NCBI GenBank assembly: GCA_041641295.1
Contig: JBEPYO010000001.1
Span: forward strand, 224,001-288,000
Direction of reading: 5' to 3'
DNA length: 64,000 bases
Source of the DNA: Nitrososphaerota archaeon
GTDB lineage: Archaea > Thermoproteota > Nitrososphaeria_A > Caldarchaeales > Calditenuaceae
Shown here: positions 10,581-20,462 of the stretch, piece after piece
Layout: every line of letters starts with the position of its first letter
How positions within the stretch are numbered: position 1 is the stretch's first letter
Made by a program: the position numbers and the translations under genes
Notes under the pieces: generated by a model
Seen by the model: only the letters and a program-made list of their open reading frames with translations
Told to the model about the DNA's origin: nothing
Databases searched by the model: none

Positions 10581-11398
10581 ACTCCATCCCTGCCCTCGAA
10601 ATAGTTATAGTCCTCACCACACTCTCTCTACTCTCATACAAGTTAAAAATCCTCGACCTCTATGGCACGCTGCTTGCAGCAACTATTGGAGGAATAGTCT
10701 ACCTAACGGTGGGTAGGATTGGTATATTCCTGTTGACAGTCTTTGTAGTCGTCGCAGGCCTATTCACGAAGCTCGGATATGATAGGAAGAGCCTAGTGGG
10801 CGCGGCTGAGCCAAGAAAGGGGTTGAGGGGCTGGAGAAATGTGGTGGGGAATGGTCTCGTCGCGGCTGCTGCCGCTATAGCCTACGCACTGGCCCCCCAA
10901 TACTCAGAGGTCATTCTAAGCGGTTACATCGGAGCAATAGCCGCAGTATTCGCTGACACAATGGCAACTGAGGTCGGCCTACTCCAGAAGAAAGAACCGA
11001 TACTAATCATAGGCTTCAGGAGGGTCGAGCCAGGGACACCTGGAGGAGTCTCCCTGCTAGGATACATGGGTGCTCTGTTCTCAGCACTTATCTTGATTAC
11101 AGCCTATTTGACACTAGGAGGATCCAACCCCCTCGCCCCACACATAGTAGGGTCTTCAGTTGTAGCGGCGAGCTTAGTGGGGACGACGGTGGATAGTATA
11201 GTGGGTCAACTTCTACAGGGTCGATACAGATGCGAATCGTGTGGAAAAATTATTGAGTTCAGCACGCATTGTGGGAGAGTGGCTAAATTGGTTAAGGGCT
11301 ACAGGCTTATGGATAACCACGCCGTAAATATTGTATGCAGTTTAAGCGGCGCGGTTGTGGGAGCGGCTATCACCCTGCTTTTCTATAGTACTGTTTAA
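10577..11398 (+). CDS. DUF92/TMEM19 family membrane protein
   Basis: [41 protein letters not shown]. Confidence 0.9.
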   Translation: MNSIPALEIVIVLTTLSLLSYKLKILDLYGTLLAATIGGIVYLTVGRIGIFLLTVFVVVAGLFTKLGYDRKSLVGAAEPRKGLRGWRNVVGNGLVAAAAAIAYALAPQYSEVILSGYIGAIAAVFADTMATEVGLLQKKEPILIIGFRRVEPGTPGGVSLLGYMGALFSALILITAYLTLGGSNPLAPHIVGSSVVAASLVGTTVDSIVGQLLQGRYRCESCGKIIEFSTHCGRVAKLVKGYRLMDNHAVNIVCSLSGAVVGAAITLLFYSTV

Positions 11399-12770
11399 TG
11401 AACTCTGGCTTAATCTTTGTTAGGCTGTCTTCGGGGAGTGTGCTCAATATCTCCCAAGCAATAGACAGTGACTCGTCGAGAGACCTGTTCTCATCCACTC
11501 CCTGCCTTAGGAAGCGGTTCTCGAATAGGTCACCGAACTCGATAAGCTTTATGTCTTGGGGTGAGAGGCTGGACTTTCCCACTATCTCCGCCAGTGATCT
11601 CAGCTGGACGGCTCTAGAGTATGAGGCGTACAGCTGGTTCGAGACATCGCCGTGGTCTGGCCTCGTCTTCTTGGGGGCTATGACTCCGGGCCCCATGAGC
11701 CTTGAGAGACTCATCAAAACGTTGATCGGCGGGTATATACCCTTCCTATGCAGGTCCCTGCTCAGAACTATTTGCCCCTCAGTGATGTAGCCCGTCAAGT
11801 CAGGTACGGGGTGTGTTATGTCGTCACTGGGCATGGTGAGTATTGGCATCTGAGTTATCGTCCCTTTCTTCCCCTTTATCCTGCCAGCCCGCTCGTAGAT
11901 GGAGGCCAAGTCACTGTACATGTAGCCGGGGTAGCCCTTCCTCCCAGGAACCTCCTCACGCGCGGCGCTAATCTCTCTGAGCGCCTCACAGTAGTTCGTC
12001 ATGTCTGTGATGATTACTAGGATGTTGTAGTCTCTCTCGAAGGCTAGGAATTCGGCCAGTGTGAGGGCTACGCGCGGTGTTATAATCCTCTCGACGGCAG
12101 GGTCGTCGGCCAGGTTTAGGAAGAGGGCGGACCTCCCCATGGCCCCGCTCTCTTCTAGGCTTCGCCTGAAGAAGCGGGCTTCATCGTTCTGGACACCGAG
12201 GGCCGCGAAGATGACGGCGAACTCCTCCTCCTTACCCGGCACTACCGCCTGCCGCGCAATCTGGGCTGCGAGTATGTTGTGGGTCAGGCCGGGTCCGCTG
12301 AATACTGGTAGCTTCTGACCTCTGACGAGACTGTTCATCACATCGATTGCGGAGATGCCGGTCTGGATGAAGTCGCTCGGATACTCTCTCTGCTCTGGAT
12401 TTATTGGTTCGCCGCTAATGTCTCTGTAGTCCTCGGCGGGTGGTGGTGGGAGACCGTCTATAGGCCTGCCCAATCCGTCAAAGACCCTGCCAAGTAGCTC
12501 TTCGGATACTCCGAGCTTCATTGTTTCGCCTAGGAACCTTGCCTTTACACCCTCGATTGAGAGACCGCTGGTACCCTCGAACACCTGCACTATGGCCTTG
12601 CCCTCGCCCACCTCCAACACGCGTCCCAGCCTAGTCTCACCGCTCGGCGTCTCAACCTCGACTAATTCGTCATAGGATACGCCCACCACACGGTCCACGA
12701 CTAGCAGAGGCCCGCGAATCTCCCTAACGGTTGTATATTCCACGCCTCCCCCTGCCCGACTTCTTCTCAT
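11370..12770 (-). CDS. atpB: A/V-type ATP synthase subunit B
   Basis: [62 protein letters not shown]. Confidence 0.97.
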   Translation of the reverse strand: MRRSRAGGGVEYTTVREIRGPLLVVDRVVGVSYDELVEVETPSGETRLGRVLEVGEGKAIVQVFEGTSGLSIEGVKARFLGETMKLGVSEELLGRVFDGLGRPIDGLPPPPAEDYRDISGEPINPEQREYPSDFIQTGISAIDVMNSLVRGQKLPVFSGPGLTHNILAAQIARQAVVPGKEEEFAVIFAALGVQNDEARFFRRSLEESGAMGRSALFLNLADDPAVERIITPRVALTLAEFLAFERDYNILVIITDMTNYCEALREISAAREEVPGRKGYPGYMYSDLASIYERAGRIKGKKGTITQMPILTMPSDDITHPVPDLTGYITEGQIVLSRDLHRKGIYPPINVLMSLSRLMGPGVIAPKKTRPDHGDVSNQLYASYSRAVQLRSLAEIVGKSSLSPQDIKLIEFGDLFENRFLRQGVDENRSLDESLSIAWEILSTLPEDSLTKIKPEFIKQYYRKAG

Positions 12771-12862
12771 CCATGCTTGAGACACACTGCCTGTTAAAAA
12801 ACCCTCAGTGGTTCATGGAGGTTTGCAAAATACTTATTGAAGCGGCTTTCGCTATGACTTGG

Positions 12863-13504
12863 ATGTCGGTCTCGTTCGGGCGGGGCTATCTTAGGACCCG
12901 CCTAGAGCTGATAAGGTTGAGGAGGGCTGTAAGGACGGCCCAAAGGGTCTACAGGATCTTGGAGGATAAGCGGGATGTTCTGATATCGCGGCTGAACGAG
13001 CTTGTGGAGGAGGCCCAAGAGCTGAGGAACAGGGCACTCTCAAACCTTTCCGAGTCCTACAGACACCTGCTCTCAGCATACATGGAGCTTGGCCCTCAGA
13101 AAATCGAGTCTATAGCGCGCACAGCCCCCGAGACAGTGACCATAAGCATGGACACCTTCACGATGATGGGCATCTCCCTCGTAACGCTAAACGCCCAGAG
13201 CCAAGAGGCGGGCCTACTATACGGTTTCGGAGACACATCGATAAGCTTAGACGAGGCGGCTAGGAAGATTAGGAGGGTGATAACGGACATCTGCAAGGCG
13301 GCTGCAACCGAGAACAACATCTTCAGGGTAGCGAATGAGCTTCGAAAGACCCAAAGACTCCTAAACGCCCTCGAATACATAATCATACCGAGGTACGAGG
13401 AGGCTATCAAGACCATCTCAATGGCGCTTGAGGAGGCGGACAGGGACTATTTCGTAAAGCTTAAGCACATCAAGAAAGTTCTAGAGAGAAAGGCGGCGGG
13501 TTAA
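12863..13504 (+). CDS. atpD: A/V-type ATP synthase subunit D (probable ATG at 12854/12863)
   Basis: TRLELIRL...LEDKRDVL, ELRKTQRLLNALEYIIIP, FVKLKHIK. Confidence 0.93.
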   Translation: MSVSFGRGYLRTRLELIRLRRAVRTAQRVYRILEDKRDVLISRLNELVEEAQELRNRALSNLSESYRHLLSAYMELGPQKIESIARTAPETVTISMDTFTMMGISLVTLNAQSQEAGLLYGFGDTSISLDEAARKIRRVITDICKAAATENNIFRVANELRKTQRLLNALEYIIIPRYEEAIKTISMALEEADRDYFVKLKHIKKVLERKAAG

Positions 13505-13540
13505 AGCTTAATAGGGGCAGGCCTCAGAGGTGAGGCAGAG

Positions 13541-13699
13541 TTGAGCATCGAGGAGAGGGTAAAGGAGGTCCTCAAAGAGTGCGAGGCGAAAATTAGGGGT
13601 CGAACAGCCCAGCTAGCAGCCGAAGTTGAGAAGGACACTTGGAGCGTGTTGGAGAAGGTCTTATCTGGGGCGAGGCGTAGAGAGGAGAAGGGGCACTGA
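13541..13699 (+). CDS. Small charged helical protein, 52 aa (possible ATP synthase peripheral-stalk subunit); not in ORF track
   Basis: TTG start after a GAGGTGA RBS; MSIEERVKEVLKECEAKIRGRTAQLAAEVEKDTWSVLEKVLSGARRREEKGH*. Confidence 0.65.
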   Translation: MSIEERVKEVLKECEAKIRGRTAQLAAEVEKDTWSVLEKVLSGARRREEKGH

Positions 13700-13707
13700 A
13701 ATCGGTC

Positions 13708-13899
13708 TTAACCTCTGGTCTTTGAACCCCTCCTCCCTCTATACAGGCACATTATCACAGAGGATGCTATCCCAAGCTGGCTTAGCACTAGCCCGGTGAA
13801 TGACCAGAGACTGAAAAGATAGTCTGCGAACTCGATGTACATCAGCCCAAACCTTGGGGCAGTGACTATGTCACCCAGCAGGACACCCATTAACAACAC
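13708..13899 (-). CDS. Small two-helix membrane protein
   Basis: Two hydrophobic stretches and a basic C-terminus; fills the gap. Confidence 0.4.
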   Translation of the reverse strand: MLLMGVLLGDIVTAPRFGLMYIEFADYLFSLWSFTGLVLSQLGIASSVIMCLYRGRRGSKTRG

Positions 13900-13961
13900 C
13901 CAAAGACACGTCCCCTTGTAAATCTTGAAATGTTTTATAGGGGCCTGCAGGCCACGCGGTA

Positions 13962-14324
13962 GTGTTTAAGATTAAAAGGGTGTATGACCCGCCTGCTAAG
14001 GATGATGGGTTTAGAGTCCTGGTAGACAGGATCTGGCCCAGGGGTTTGAGTAGGGAGTCAGCTCATATTGACCTCTGGTTGCGGGAAATAGCTCCTAGTA
14101 CTGGGCTTAGGAAATGGTTTGGACACGACCCCGCCAGATGGCCCGTCTTTAAGGCTCGGTACGCGAAAGAGCTTGACTCCAAGTCAGCGCTGATCGGCGA
14201 GTTACTCAAGCTGGAAAAAGTTCATGGGGTTGTAACGCTAGTTTACGGGGCGAGAGACAACACGCATAACAACGCCGTGGTGCTGAAGGAATATCTTGAA
14301 TCCCGCAAGAAGGAAGGGTCTTGA
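13962..14324 (+). CDS. DUF488 family protein (YeaO-like)
   Basis: IKRVYD...DGFRVLVDRIWPRG...APSTGLRKWFGHD...HNNAVVL. Confidence 0.93.
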   Translation: MFKIKRVYDPPAKDDGFRVLVDRIWPRGLSRESAHIDLWLREIAPSTGLRKWFGHDPARWPVFKARYAKELDSKSALIGELLKLEKVHGVVTLVYGARDNTHNNAVVLKEYLESRKKEGS

Positions 14325-14339
14325 ATAATTCCCCCCTCA

Positions 14340-16049
14340 CTAGTAGGTCCTTTCGACTGGCTTATACTTCGTGATTACCACTTCCTTGTAGGCGAACTCG
14401 AATCCATCAGCTCTCTTGTATACTAGTATGTGGTTGAGCCAGTTCTGGTCGTCCCTCGTTGGATAGTCGACCCTCGCGTGGGCACCTCTGCTCTCCCTCC
14501 TATGAATAGCCGCCGCACCAATAACCTCACAGACGTCAAACATGTAGTCTATCTCGAGCACGTTCACGAGGTTTGTGTTATAGTATCTGCTCTTATCCTC
14601 TACACCAAGCTCCGCCTGCTGCTTCAAGGCCCTAAGCTTTCTAAGACCCTCCTCCATACTACTCGCCTCTCTATAGACGTGAAAATGTTTCTCCATCAGG
14701 GCTTGGATCTCCTTCTTGATATTGTACGGGTTGACGCGCGGTGCGGGGCCGAGTAGCTTGTCGTAGATCCTCTTCTCTTCTTGGTCTACCTCGCTCTTTG
14801 GTGGCTCTACTGCTTGATGGGCTAGGGCAAACATGGCTGCCTGTTCGCCAGTTATTCTCCCCCAGACCAGGCACTCGCTTGTAGAGTTTGAGCCCAGCCT
14901 GTTAGCTCCGTTCATCGAGGTGCATGCGACCTCTCCAGCAGCCCAGAGGCCAGGCAACTCGGTTGCGCCGTCAATGTTGGCGTCTACTCCGCCCATGTAG
15001 TAATGTGCCACTGGCCTGACAGGTATGGGCTCGTTTATTGGGTCGATTCCAGCGTTCCGTAGGCATATTTCACGTATGCTTGTAAGTCTTTTCTTTATCA
15101 CTTCGGGGTCTATGACTGTAAGGTCTAGGAGGAGGTAGTCCTCGCCATCCTCGGTCTTGAGCCCCCTCCCCTCGCGTATCTCGGTTATCATGGCCCGAGA
15201 CACGATGTCCCTCGGCGCTAAATCTTTGGCCTTGGGTGCGTATCTCTCCATAAACCTCTCCCCGTCCTTGTTTCTGAGTATCCCACCCTCGCCGCGGGCC
15301 GCCTCAGTTATGAGAATCCCACTAGGTACAAGTCCAGTCGGGTGAAACTGTACGAACTCCATATCCCTCAACGGGATTCCGGCGCGATAGGCTATCGCGT
15401 AACCGTCGGGTGTGGAGCTGTGCCCGAAGGTCGCGAAGCTGTAGATCCGTCCAGCGCCCCCAGTTGCGAGGATTCCGGCTTTCGCGTTGAAGACTGCGAG
15501 TTCGCCATTTCTCAGACTCAGAGCCACGACTCCAGCGAAGCGGCCATTATTCCGGAGTATCTTGGTGACGACCCACTCGTCGTAGAAGACTATCTCGTCG
15601 TATCTTAGACATGTGTCGTAAAGTGTGCTCATCTCGTAGAAGCCAACCTTATCCTCGGCGTAGCATGCCCGCGGATAGCTCTGTCCACCGAAATACCTCT
15701 GGGCTATCTTCCCATCCTTCCTCCTAGCCCAAGGCATTCCCCAGTGCTCAAGCTGGATGATCTCGCGAGGTGCAAGGCTTACAAACCTCTCAACCACGTC
15801 CTGGTCAGCAAGGAAATCACTCCCCTTCACAGTATCCCACATATGCGACTCAAGAGAGTCGCCCTCCTCGGGGTAAAGCACGGCTGCAGTTCCACCCTCA
15901 GCCGAGACGCTGTGGGACCTCATTGGCTGCGTCTTCGTTACCACAGCAATCGAGAGGCGGCCTTTACCAGTCCTAGCAGCTTCGATGGCAGCTCTTAGCC
16001 CAGCCAGCCCCGAGCCCATAACAACCACATCACACGTTATTTTCTCCAG
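14340..16049 (-). CDS. sdhA: Succinate dehydrogenase/fumarate reductase flavoprotein subunit (probable CTG start at 16049)
   Basis: GSGLAG FAD motif, RSHSVSAEGG covalent-FAD His, QFHPTG, EAARGEGG, HYYMGG, GANRLGSNS, ESRGAH. Confidence 0.95.
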   Translation of the reverse strand: MEKITCDVVVMGSGLAGLRAAIEAARTGKGRLSIAVVTKTQPMRSHSVSAEGGTAAVLYPEEGDSLESHMWDTVKGSDFLADQDVVERFVSLAPREIIQLEHWGMPWARRKDGKIAQRYFGGQSYPRACYAEDKVGFYEMSTLYDTCLRYDEIVFYDEWVVTKILRNNGRFAGVVALSLRNGELAVFNAKAGILATGGAGRIYSFATFGHSSTPDGYAIAYRAGIPLRDMEFVQFHPTGLVPSGILITEAARGEGGILRNKDGERFMERYAPKAKDLAPRDIVSRAMITEIREGRGLKTEDGEDYLLLDLTVIDPEVIKKRLTSIREICLRNAGIDPINEPIPVRPVAHYYMGGVDANIDGATELPGLWAAGEVACTSMNGANRLGSNSTSECLVWGRITGEQAAMFALAHQAVEPPKSEVDQEEKRIYDKLLGPAPRVNPYNIKKEIQALMEKHFHVYREASSMEEGLRKLRALKQQAELGVEDKSRYYNTNLVNVLEIDYMFDVCEVIGAAAIHRRESRGAHARVDYPTRDDQNWLNHILVYKRADGFEFAYKEVVITKYKPVERTY

Positions 16050-16074
16050 AAGGCACCACCTTCAACCAATATAG

Positions 16075-16485
16075 TTAGAGCAGATAGTGGATTTTTATAT
16101 GTTCGCGCATGACCTCGGGGTATGGTGTTGTGAAACCGCAGTGGGGGCATATCTCAGGCCTCAGCGCGTTCTTCTTGACTTGTTCGAGGATTTCTGCAAC
16201 CTTTTCACTTGAAAGCGCCCTTACCGTTACCGCGTCCCTGTCCACTTCAATGACGTAGTCTCCGGCCATTCCAAGCCGGTCCAAAATCACCTTCAACTCG
16301 CTTACAAGTGTTGCAATGTTTAGGGAGTAGTTGCTTGAGCCTGACAGGTCTATCACCACGTCCCTCTCTCTCGGCAAAGCGAACCCTCCAACGCCTGATA
16401 GGAACTCGGAGAGCTCGAATGCTATGATGCTGGATAGGGGCTCAAGGCCTACAAGCTTCACTTTAACCACATCCAACCAGGTCAC
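16075..16485 (-). CDS. Hypothetical protein with C-terminal C2H2 zinc finger
   Basis: CPHCGF...EHIKIH at the C-terminus; start overlaps the nadM stop. Confidence 0.75.
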   Translation of the reverse strand: MTWLDVVKVKLVGLEPLSSIIAFELSEFLSGVGGFALPRERDVVIDLSGSSNYSLNIATLVSELKVILDRLGMAGDYVIEVDRDAVTVRALSSEKVAEILEQVKKNALRPEICPHCGFTTPYPEVMREHIKIHYLL

Positions 16486-17042
16486 CTTAGGAGGGCGCTG
16501 GTTGCCGACCCCTTCGCGACCCTAACCCTGTTAACCCCGCCTATCATCTCGATGTAGTCTCCTACACTCTTGGGGACGTACTTCTTCCAGTCGCCACCCT
16601 CCGCCATGAGGGTCCGGATCTTGGTGGCGTTTAGCTCCTCTCTCGCGTATAGTTGCGCCTCCCTAGTCTTGATGTTCTGCTCCTCCAGTAGGAGCCTCAC
16701 GAAGGGGTTGTTGGTGTAGACGACGTCGAACCTTGGGCACATGGACTTTAGCCTCGCAACCCAGAGGGGGTGTTCCCCAATATCAGGGATGGTTACCGTG
16801 ATGATTCTTGAGAGGTCTTGGCCATCCTCGGCCAGTGCCAGCCTAATCATCTCTATCCTCTCACCCGCGGTGAAGGGGTTGTCAAAAGTGTGGCTGAACT
16901 GGCTGCTTCCTATCGCAATTATGGCTTCATCAAACCCTCCCAGTATCTCTTTGACAGCTGATAGGTGGCCTAGGTGGAAGGGCTGGAATCTCCCTATTAG
17001 GACTGCTCTACGGACATTCTTGATGCTCAGATCTAAATCCAC
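16482..17042 (-). CDS. nadM: Nicotinamide-nucleotide adenylyltransferase
   Basis: GRFQPFHLGH, GSSQ..HT..NPFTAGER, NATKIR. Confidence 0.95.
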   Translation of the reverse strand: MDLDLSIKNVRRAVLIGRFQPFHLGHLSAVKEILGGFDEAIIAIGSSQFSHTFDNPFTAGERIEMIRLALAEDGQDLSRIITVTIPDIGEHPLWVARLKSMCPRFDVVYTNNPFVRLLLEEQNIKTREAQLYAREELNATKIRTLMAEGGDWKKYVPKSVGDYIEMIGGVNRVRVAKGSATSALLR

Positions 17043-17158
17043 CTACCCAGACTAGCGTTGTCTTGAGCGTTTAATCAAGGTTTTGTATGAATCATCTGGA
17101 GCAGTCTAAATGAATATCTATGTAGTGTCTCTTCTTGTGGAGGGTCGGCCTTATATTT

Positions 17159-17178
17159 TGAGCGGAGGCCTCCGCTCA
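17159..17178. promoter_or_regulatory. Perfect 20-bp palindrome immediately downstream of a TATA-like box
   Basis: TGAGCGGAGGCCTCCGCTCA equals its own reverse complement; TTATATTT at 17151-17158. Confidence 0.55.
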
Positions 17179-17186
17179 GCCTGTAA

Positions 17187-18002
17187 TTGGAGAATAACCG
17201 CTTAAATAGTGAGGTGGGTAATTGGGTTTTGACGATGAGGGTGGGTCCGAAGAGGGTTCGCCCCCCTGTAGCCGTAGAGGTTGTAGACCTCCAGAACCTA
17301 GCAAGGCTCGTCCTAAACCGGGGAGAGCCTGACGGGCTGTTCTGGTACTTCCCAGTAGGCGGGGAGAAGATCCTAGGCAGCCTTTTCCTGATACCGTACT
17401 GGAGGGGTAACCTTCCACTCTTCTGCTATACAAGACTGCCCCCCGATGTCGAGCCGAAAGCCTTCCTAGCCTACCGAAGCATAGGCCAAGAGGAGTGCAT
17501 CTTCACCAACTCGGGAGACGACCCCAGATACGTATACGGCGCAATAATGGAGATTGAGTCACCTCCTGACTTCCTCCTCAGATCACTCAAGAACAAGACC
17601 ATACAGCGAGACTTCAGGCCCGTGCTAACAAAGGCTAAAGATATGACGGTCCTAGTCAGAACACTGCTGATACTCTCCGAGGACTCTTCATCCCCGCCAA
17701 TCTGGAGCTTCAGGCACAACGGCCACTCGATATTCGGAGTTATAGCACCGGTCTTTGACTACTATGACGCTAACGCCCTCCCCGTCTTCCTCTACGTGGA
17801 GACTAAGGAGGATCCTAAAGCCGGATTCCTACGCTACGTCACGGAGAACGGTCGTGAAGTGACGTCATTCGTGGACTCAATAGGCGAGATGAGATACTTT
17901 TATGTGAGGATTGTGAAGCTTGCACATATGCCGCTCTGGACAGCGCCTGAAGAAGCAGAGGGCCGCAGGAGCCAAAAGAGTGCGAGGCAGAGGGCCGGAT
18001 AG
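17187..18002 (+). CDS. Hypothetical protein with internal two-fold repeat (start may be 17229)
   Basis: Long ORF; repeated units (LPLFCY...AFLAY versus LPVFLY...GFLRY). Confidence 0.75.
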   Translation: MENNRLNSEVGNWVLTMRVGPKRVRPPVAVEVVDLQNLARLVLNRGEPDGLFWYFPVGGEKILGSLFLIPYWRGNLPLFCYTRLPPDVEPKAFLAYRSIGQEECIFTNSGDDPRYVYGAIMEIESPPDFLLRSLKNKTIQRDFRPVLTKAKDMTVLVRTLLILSEDSSSPPIWSFRHNGHSIFGVIAPVFDYYDANALPVFLYVETKEDPKAGFLRYVTENGREVTSFVDSIGEMRYFYVRIVKLAHMPLWTAPEEAEGRRSQKSARQRAG

Positions 18003-18123
18003 ATTGAGTCTAAATATCGAGAGCTCGCTGGATTTTAAAGGTTAATACTTATAAGCGTCTCTAATCAAAAGGTTTAAATTCTAACCAGATTTGTAAATGG
18101 CAACCAGACAGGGTGCAGCGTGA

Positions 18124-19446
18124 GTGGGCGCTAGTTTGACGAATCCAATGATAAACACGAAGTCAACACCAATACTTATCACGAAATATCTCCCAATACC
18201 TAAGCGGGAGTCTAAGGAGTTCTGGACTGAGAGCAGAATCCAGCACATTAGATACCTCGCCTCTACCGGGAAACCTAAGATGGTCTGGGATAGGTGCAAG
18301 TCCGAGACCTCCAGGATTCTCGACCGCGTCTTCTTCTGGAAAGAGTTGGAAGATGCCGGTGTCGAGGAAGGTGATTACGAGGTGCCGGACGGGATATCGG
18401 TTTCAACCCGCATCTGTTATGGAAGTATAGAGCTCGCCCACCCGCTGTATCTCGGCGATATGTCCTTCGGCGCCCTAAGCGGGGTTCCTAACATCGCCAT
18501 CGCCCGAGCCGCCGACCTGACCGGGACGCTTGCGGGTATCGGTGAGGGTGGGCTTCACCCGGAAGTGGGGAAGTGTAGTAGGATTGCGGTCCAGTGGGCG
18601 TCAGCAAGGTTCGGACTGGACCTCGATGTATTGAGGAAGGGAATGGCCGTTGTCATAAAGATCGGTCAAGGAGCCAAGCCTGGGATAGGTGGTCATCTTC
18701 CGGGTGTAAAGGTCGTGGAGATAATCTCTCAGACCAGGCGTATTCCTGTTGGCGTAGATGCGATCTCGCCAGCCCCTCACCATGACATATACTCGATCGA
18801 GGATTTGGAGCAGAGGATACTCGCCCTCAAGGAGGCGACCGGTCGGCCCGTGCTGGTTAAAGTCGCCGCCACCAATTACATTCCCTACATTGCTTCGGGT
18901 GTGGCGAGGATGGGTGCGGACGGAATTATAATTGATGGTCAAGGTGCGGGGACCGGAGCAGCACCCTCAGTTGTCAGGGACAATGTGGGGATTCCCATTG
19001 AGCTTGCGGTGGCTGCTGCCGACGAGATGCTGAGACGTGAGGGGCTGCGGGACGGCTTCACAATCATAGCCGCGGGGAGGGTGAGCAGTGCTGAGGACGC
19101 TGCAAAGCTAACGGCACTGGGCGCGGATGTAGCCTCGATAGGGACCGCAGCCCTCATAGCCATGGGCTGCATAATGATTCACAAATGCCACCTAGGTTTC
19201 TGTCCCGCAGTAATTACAAACAAGATAACCGATAATCCCAAAAAGGTCCTCTCACTCGATACCGCAACGAGGTGGGTTGTGAACCTGATAGAGGGATGGT
19301 CCGCGGAGCTTAAGCTGATTCTAGAGAGACTTGGACTGAAGAGTGTTGAAGAGTTGAGAGGGCGTAGGGATCTGCTGGTGGGGACCGGGTTAAGCGACTC
19401 CACACTCAGAGTTCTAGGAGTCAGGGGTGTGAGCGGTAAAAATTGA
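18124..19446 (+). CDS. Glutamate synthase FMN/[3Fe-4S] subunit (GltB2-type)
   Basis: [66 protein letters not shown]. Confidence 0.94.
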   Translation: MGASLTNPMINTKSTPILITKYLPIPKRESKEFWTESRIQHIRYLASTGKPKMVWDRCKSETSRILDRVFFWKELEDAGVEEGDYEVPDGISVSTRICYGSIELAHPLYLGDMSFGALSGVPNIAIARAADLTGTLAGIGEGGLHPEVGKCSRIAVQWASARFGLDLDVLRKGMAVVIKIGQGAKPGIGGHLPGVKVVEIISQTRRIPVGVDAISPAPHHDIYSIEDLEQRILALKEATGRPVLVKVAATNYIPYIASGVARMGADGIIIDGQGAGTGAAPSVVRDNVGIPIELAVAAADEMLRREGLRDGFTIIAAGRVSSAEDAAKLTALGADVASIGTAALIAMGCIMIHKCHLGFCPAVITNKITDNPKKVLSLDTATRWVVNLIEGWSAELKLILERLGLKSVEELRGRRDLLVGTGLSDSTLRVLGVRGVSGKN

Positions 19447-20462
19447 GTGTCTGGAGGCGAGACATTGTATCGAATCTGCGCCTACTCGCTGGCGTTGAGG
19501 GTAAGACGGCCGGCGAGCCGCCAATAGCTAGCATGGGGGCGACAAACCCTCCTCTCATAGAGAGGCCCCTGTTTATACTCGACCATATAGTTTCGGATGG
19601 CGCCCAAGTCACGAGGCCGAGTATCGACCCGTACCGTGAACCCACTGAGACAGAGGTCTACCTTCTCGGCGGCGACCTCAGGCTTACAATGCCCATCATA
19701 ATAGGTGGCTTAACAAGTGTAGATGCCAAGCACTTGGACGTTGTGATGCTGGCGGGCTTTAGAATGGGTGTGGGTATCCATTTAGAGAACCCACCCAGCC
19801 TACAGTTCCACGTGGACGTCAGAAGGCATGTTTTTCTCGAGGCCTCCGAGGGTGATCTTCAAGGCCTGCAAAGCGGCCCAGTGGTCTTTAGCATAGAGAG
19901 TGTAGAGGAGCTGGCTAAGGTTAGGCGTGCCGTGAAAAGTTTAGGGCTTGACACACAACTGATTGCCAGGGTCCCTTCCTCAGCTAACCGCTCATTATAT
20001 CGAGAGGTTCTATTTGCCGGGTTTCAGACAGTAATAATCGATGAGGACTTAGGTGGTGAGGAGCCGCTTGAGGTGTCCCTCTCTGAGGCCGACCACACGT
20101 TAAAGAAGTTGCCGATCAATGGCTTCCCTGCCCGGTACTATGTGGGACTAATAGCGGCGTCGAAGAGGATTCGTTCCAGCTCCGACATTTTCAAGCTCGG
20201 CGGACTTGGCGCGGACGCCTGCATAATTAGAGATGCATGGCTCATTGGGGTTGATTATAAGCCGGACATCCCAGCTCACCAATTGTCGGAGAGGATTGAA
20301 AACCTTCTCATAGGCATGCAGAGGGAGATAAAGCTCTTAATGGGCGCTGCAGGAGTCAGCTCGTTTCAGAGCTCGATTGTTGGAAACCGGGAATTGTTTA
20401 GAGCCATCGATCTGCCCTACCACATGTGTGAGAGACTGGGGGTGAAGCCGGCTGGAGAGTAG
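19443..20462 (+). CDS. Degenerate glutamate synthase FMN-domain paralogue
   Basis: [14 protein letters not shown] and C-terminal [11 protein letters not shown]...GNRELFR resemble GltB2 termini; catalytic and Fe-S motifs absent. Confidence 0.75.
   Translation: MSVWRRDIVSNLRLLAGVEGKTAGEPPIASMGATNPPLIERPLFILDHIVSDGAQVTRPSIDPYREPTETEVYLLGGDLRLTMPIIIGGLTSVDAKHLDVVMLAGFRMGVGIHLENPPSLQFHVDVRRHVFLEASEGDLQGLQSGPVVFSIESVEELAKVRRAVKSLGLDTQLIARVPSSANRSLYREVLFAGFQTVIIDEDLGGEEPLEVSLSEADHTLKKLPINGFPARYYVGLIAASKRIRSSSDIFKLGGLGADACIIRDAWLIGVDYKPDIPAHQLSERIENLLIGMQREIKLLMGAAGVSSFQSSIVGNRELFRAIDLPYHMCERLGVKPAGE

Noticed and set aside
14340-16049. Possible L-aspartate oxidase (nadB), given proximity to nadM
   Set aside because: The covalent-FAD His motif and C-terminal ERTY end match SdhA/FrdA
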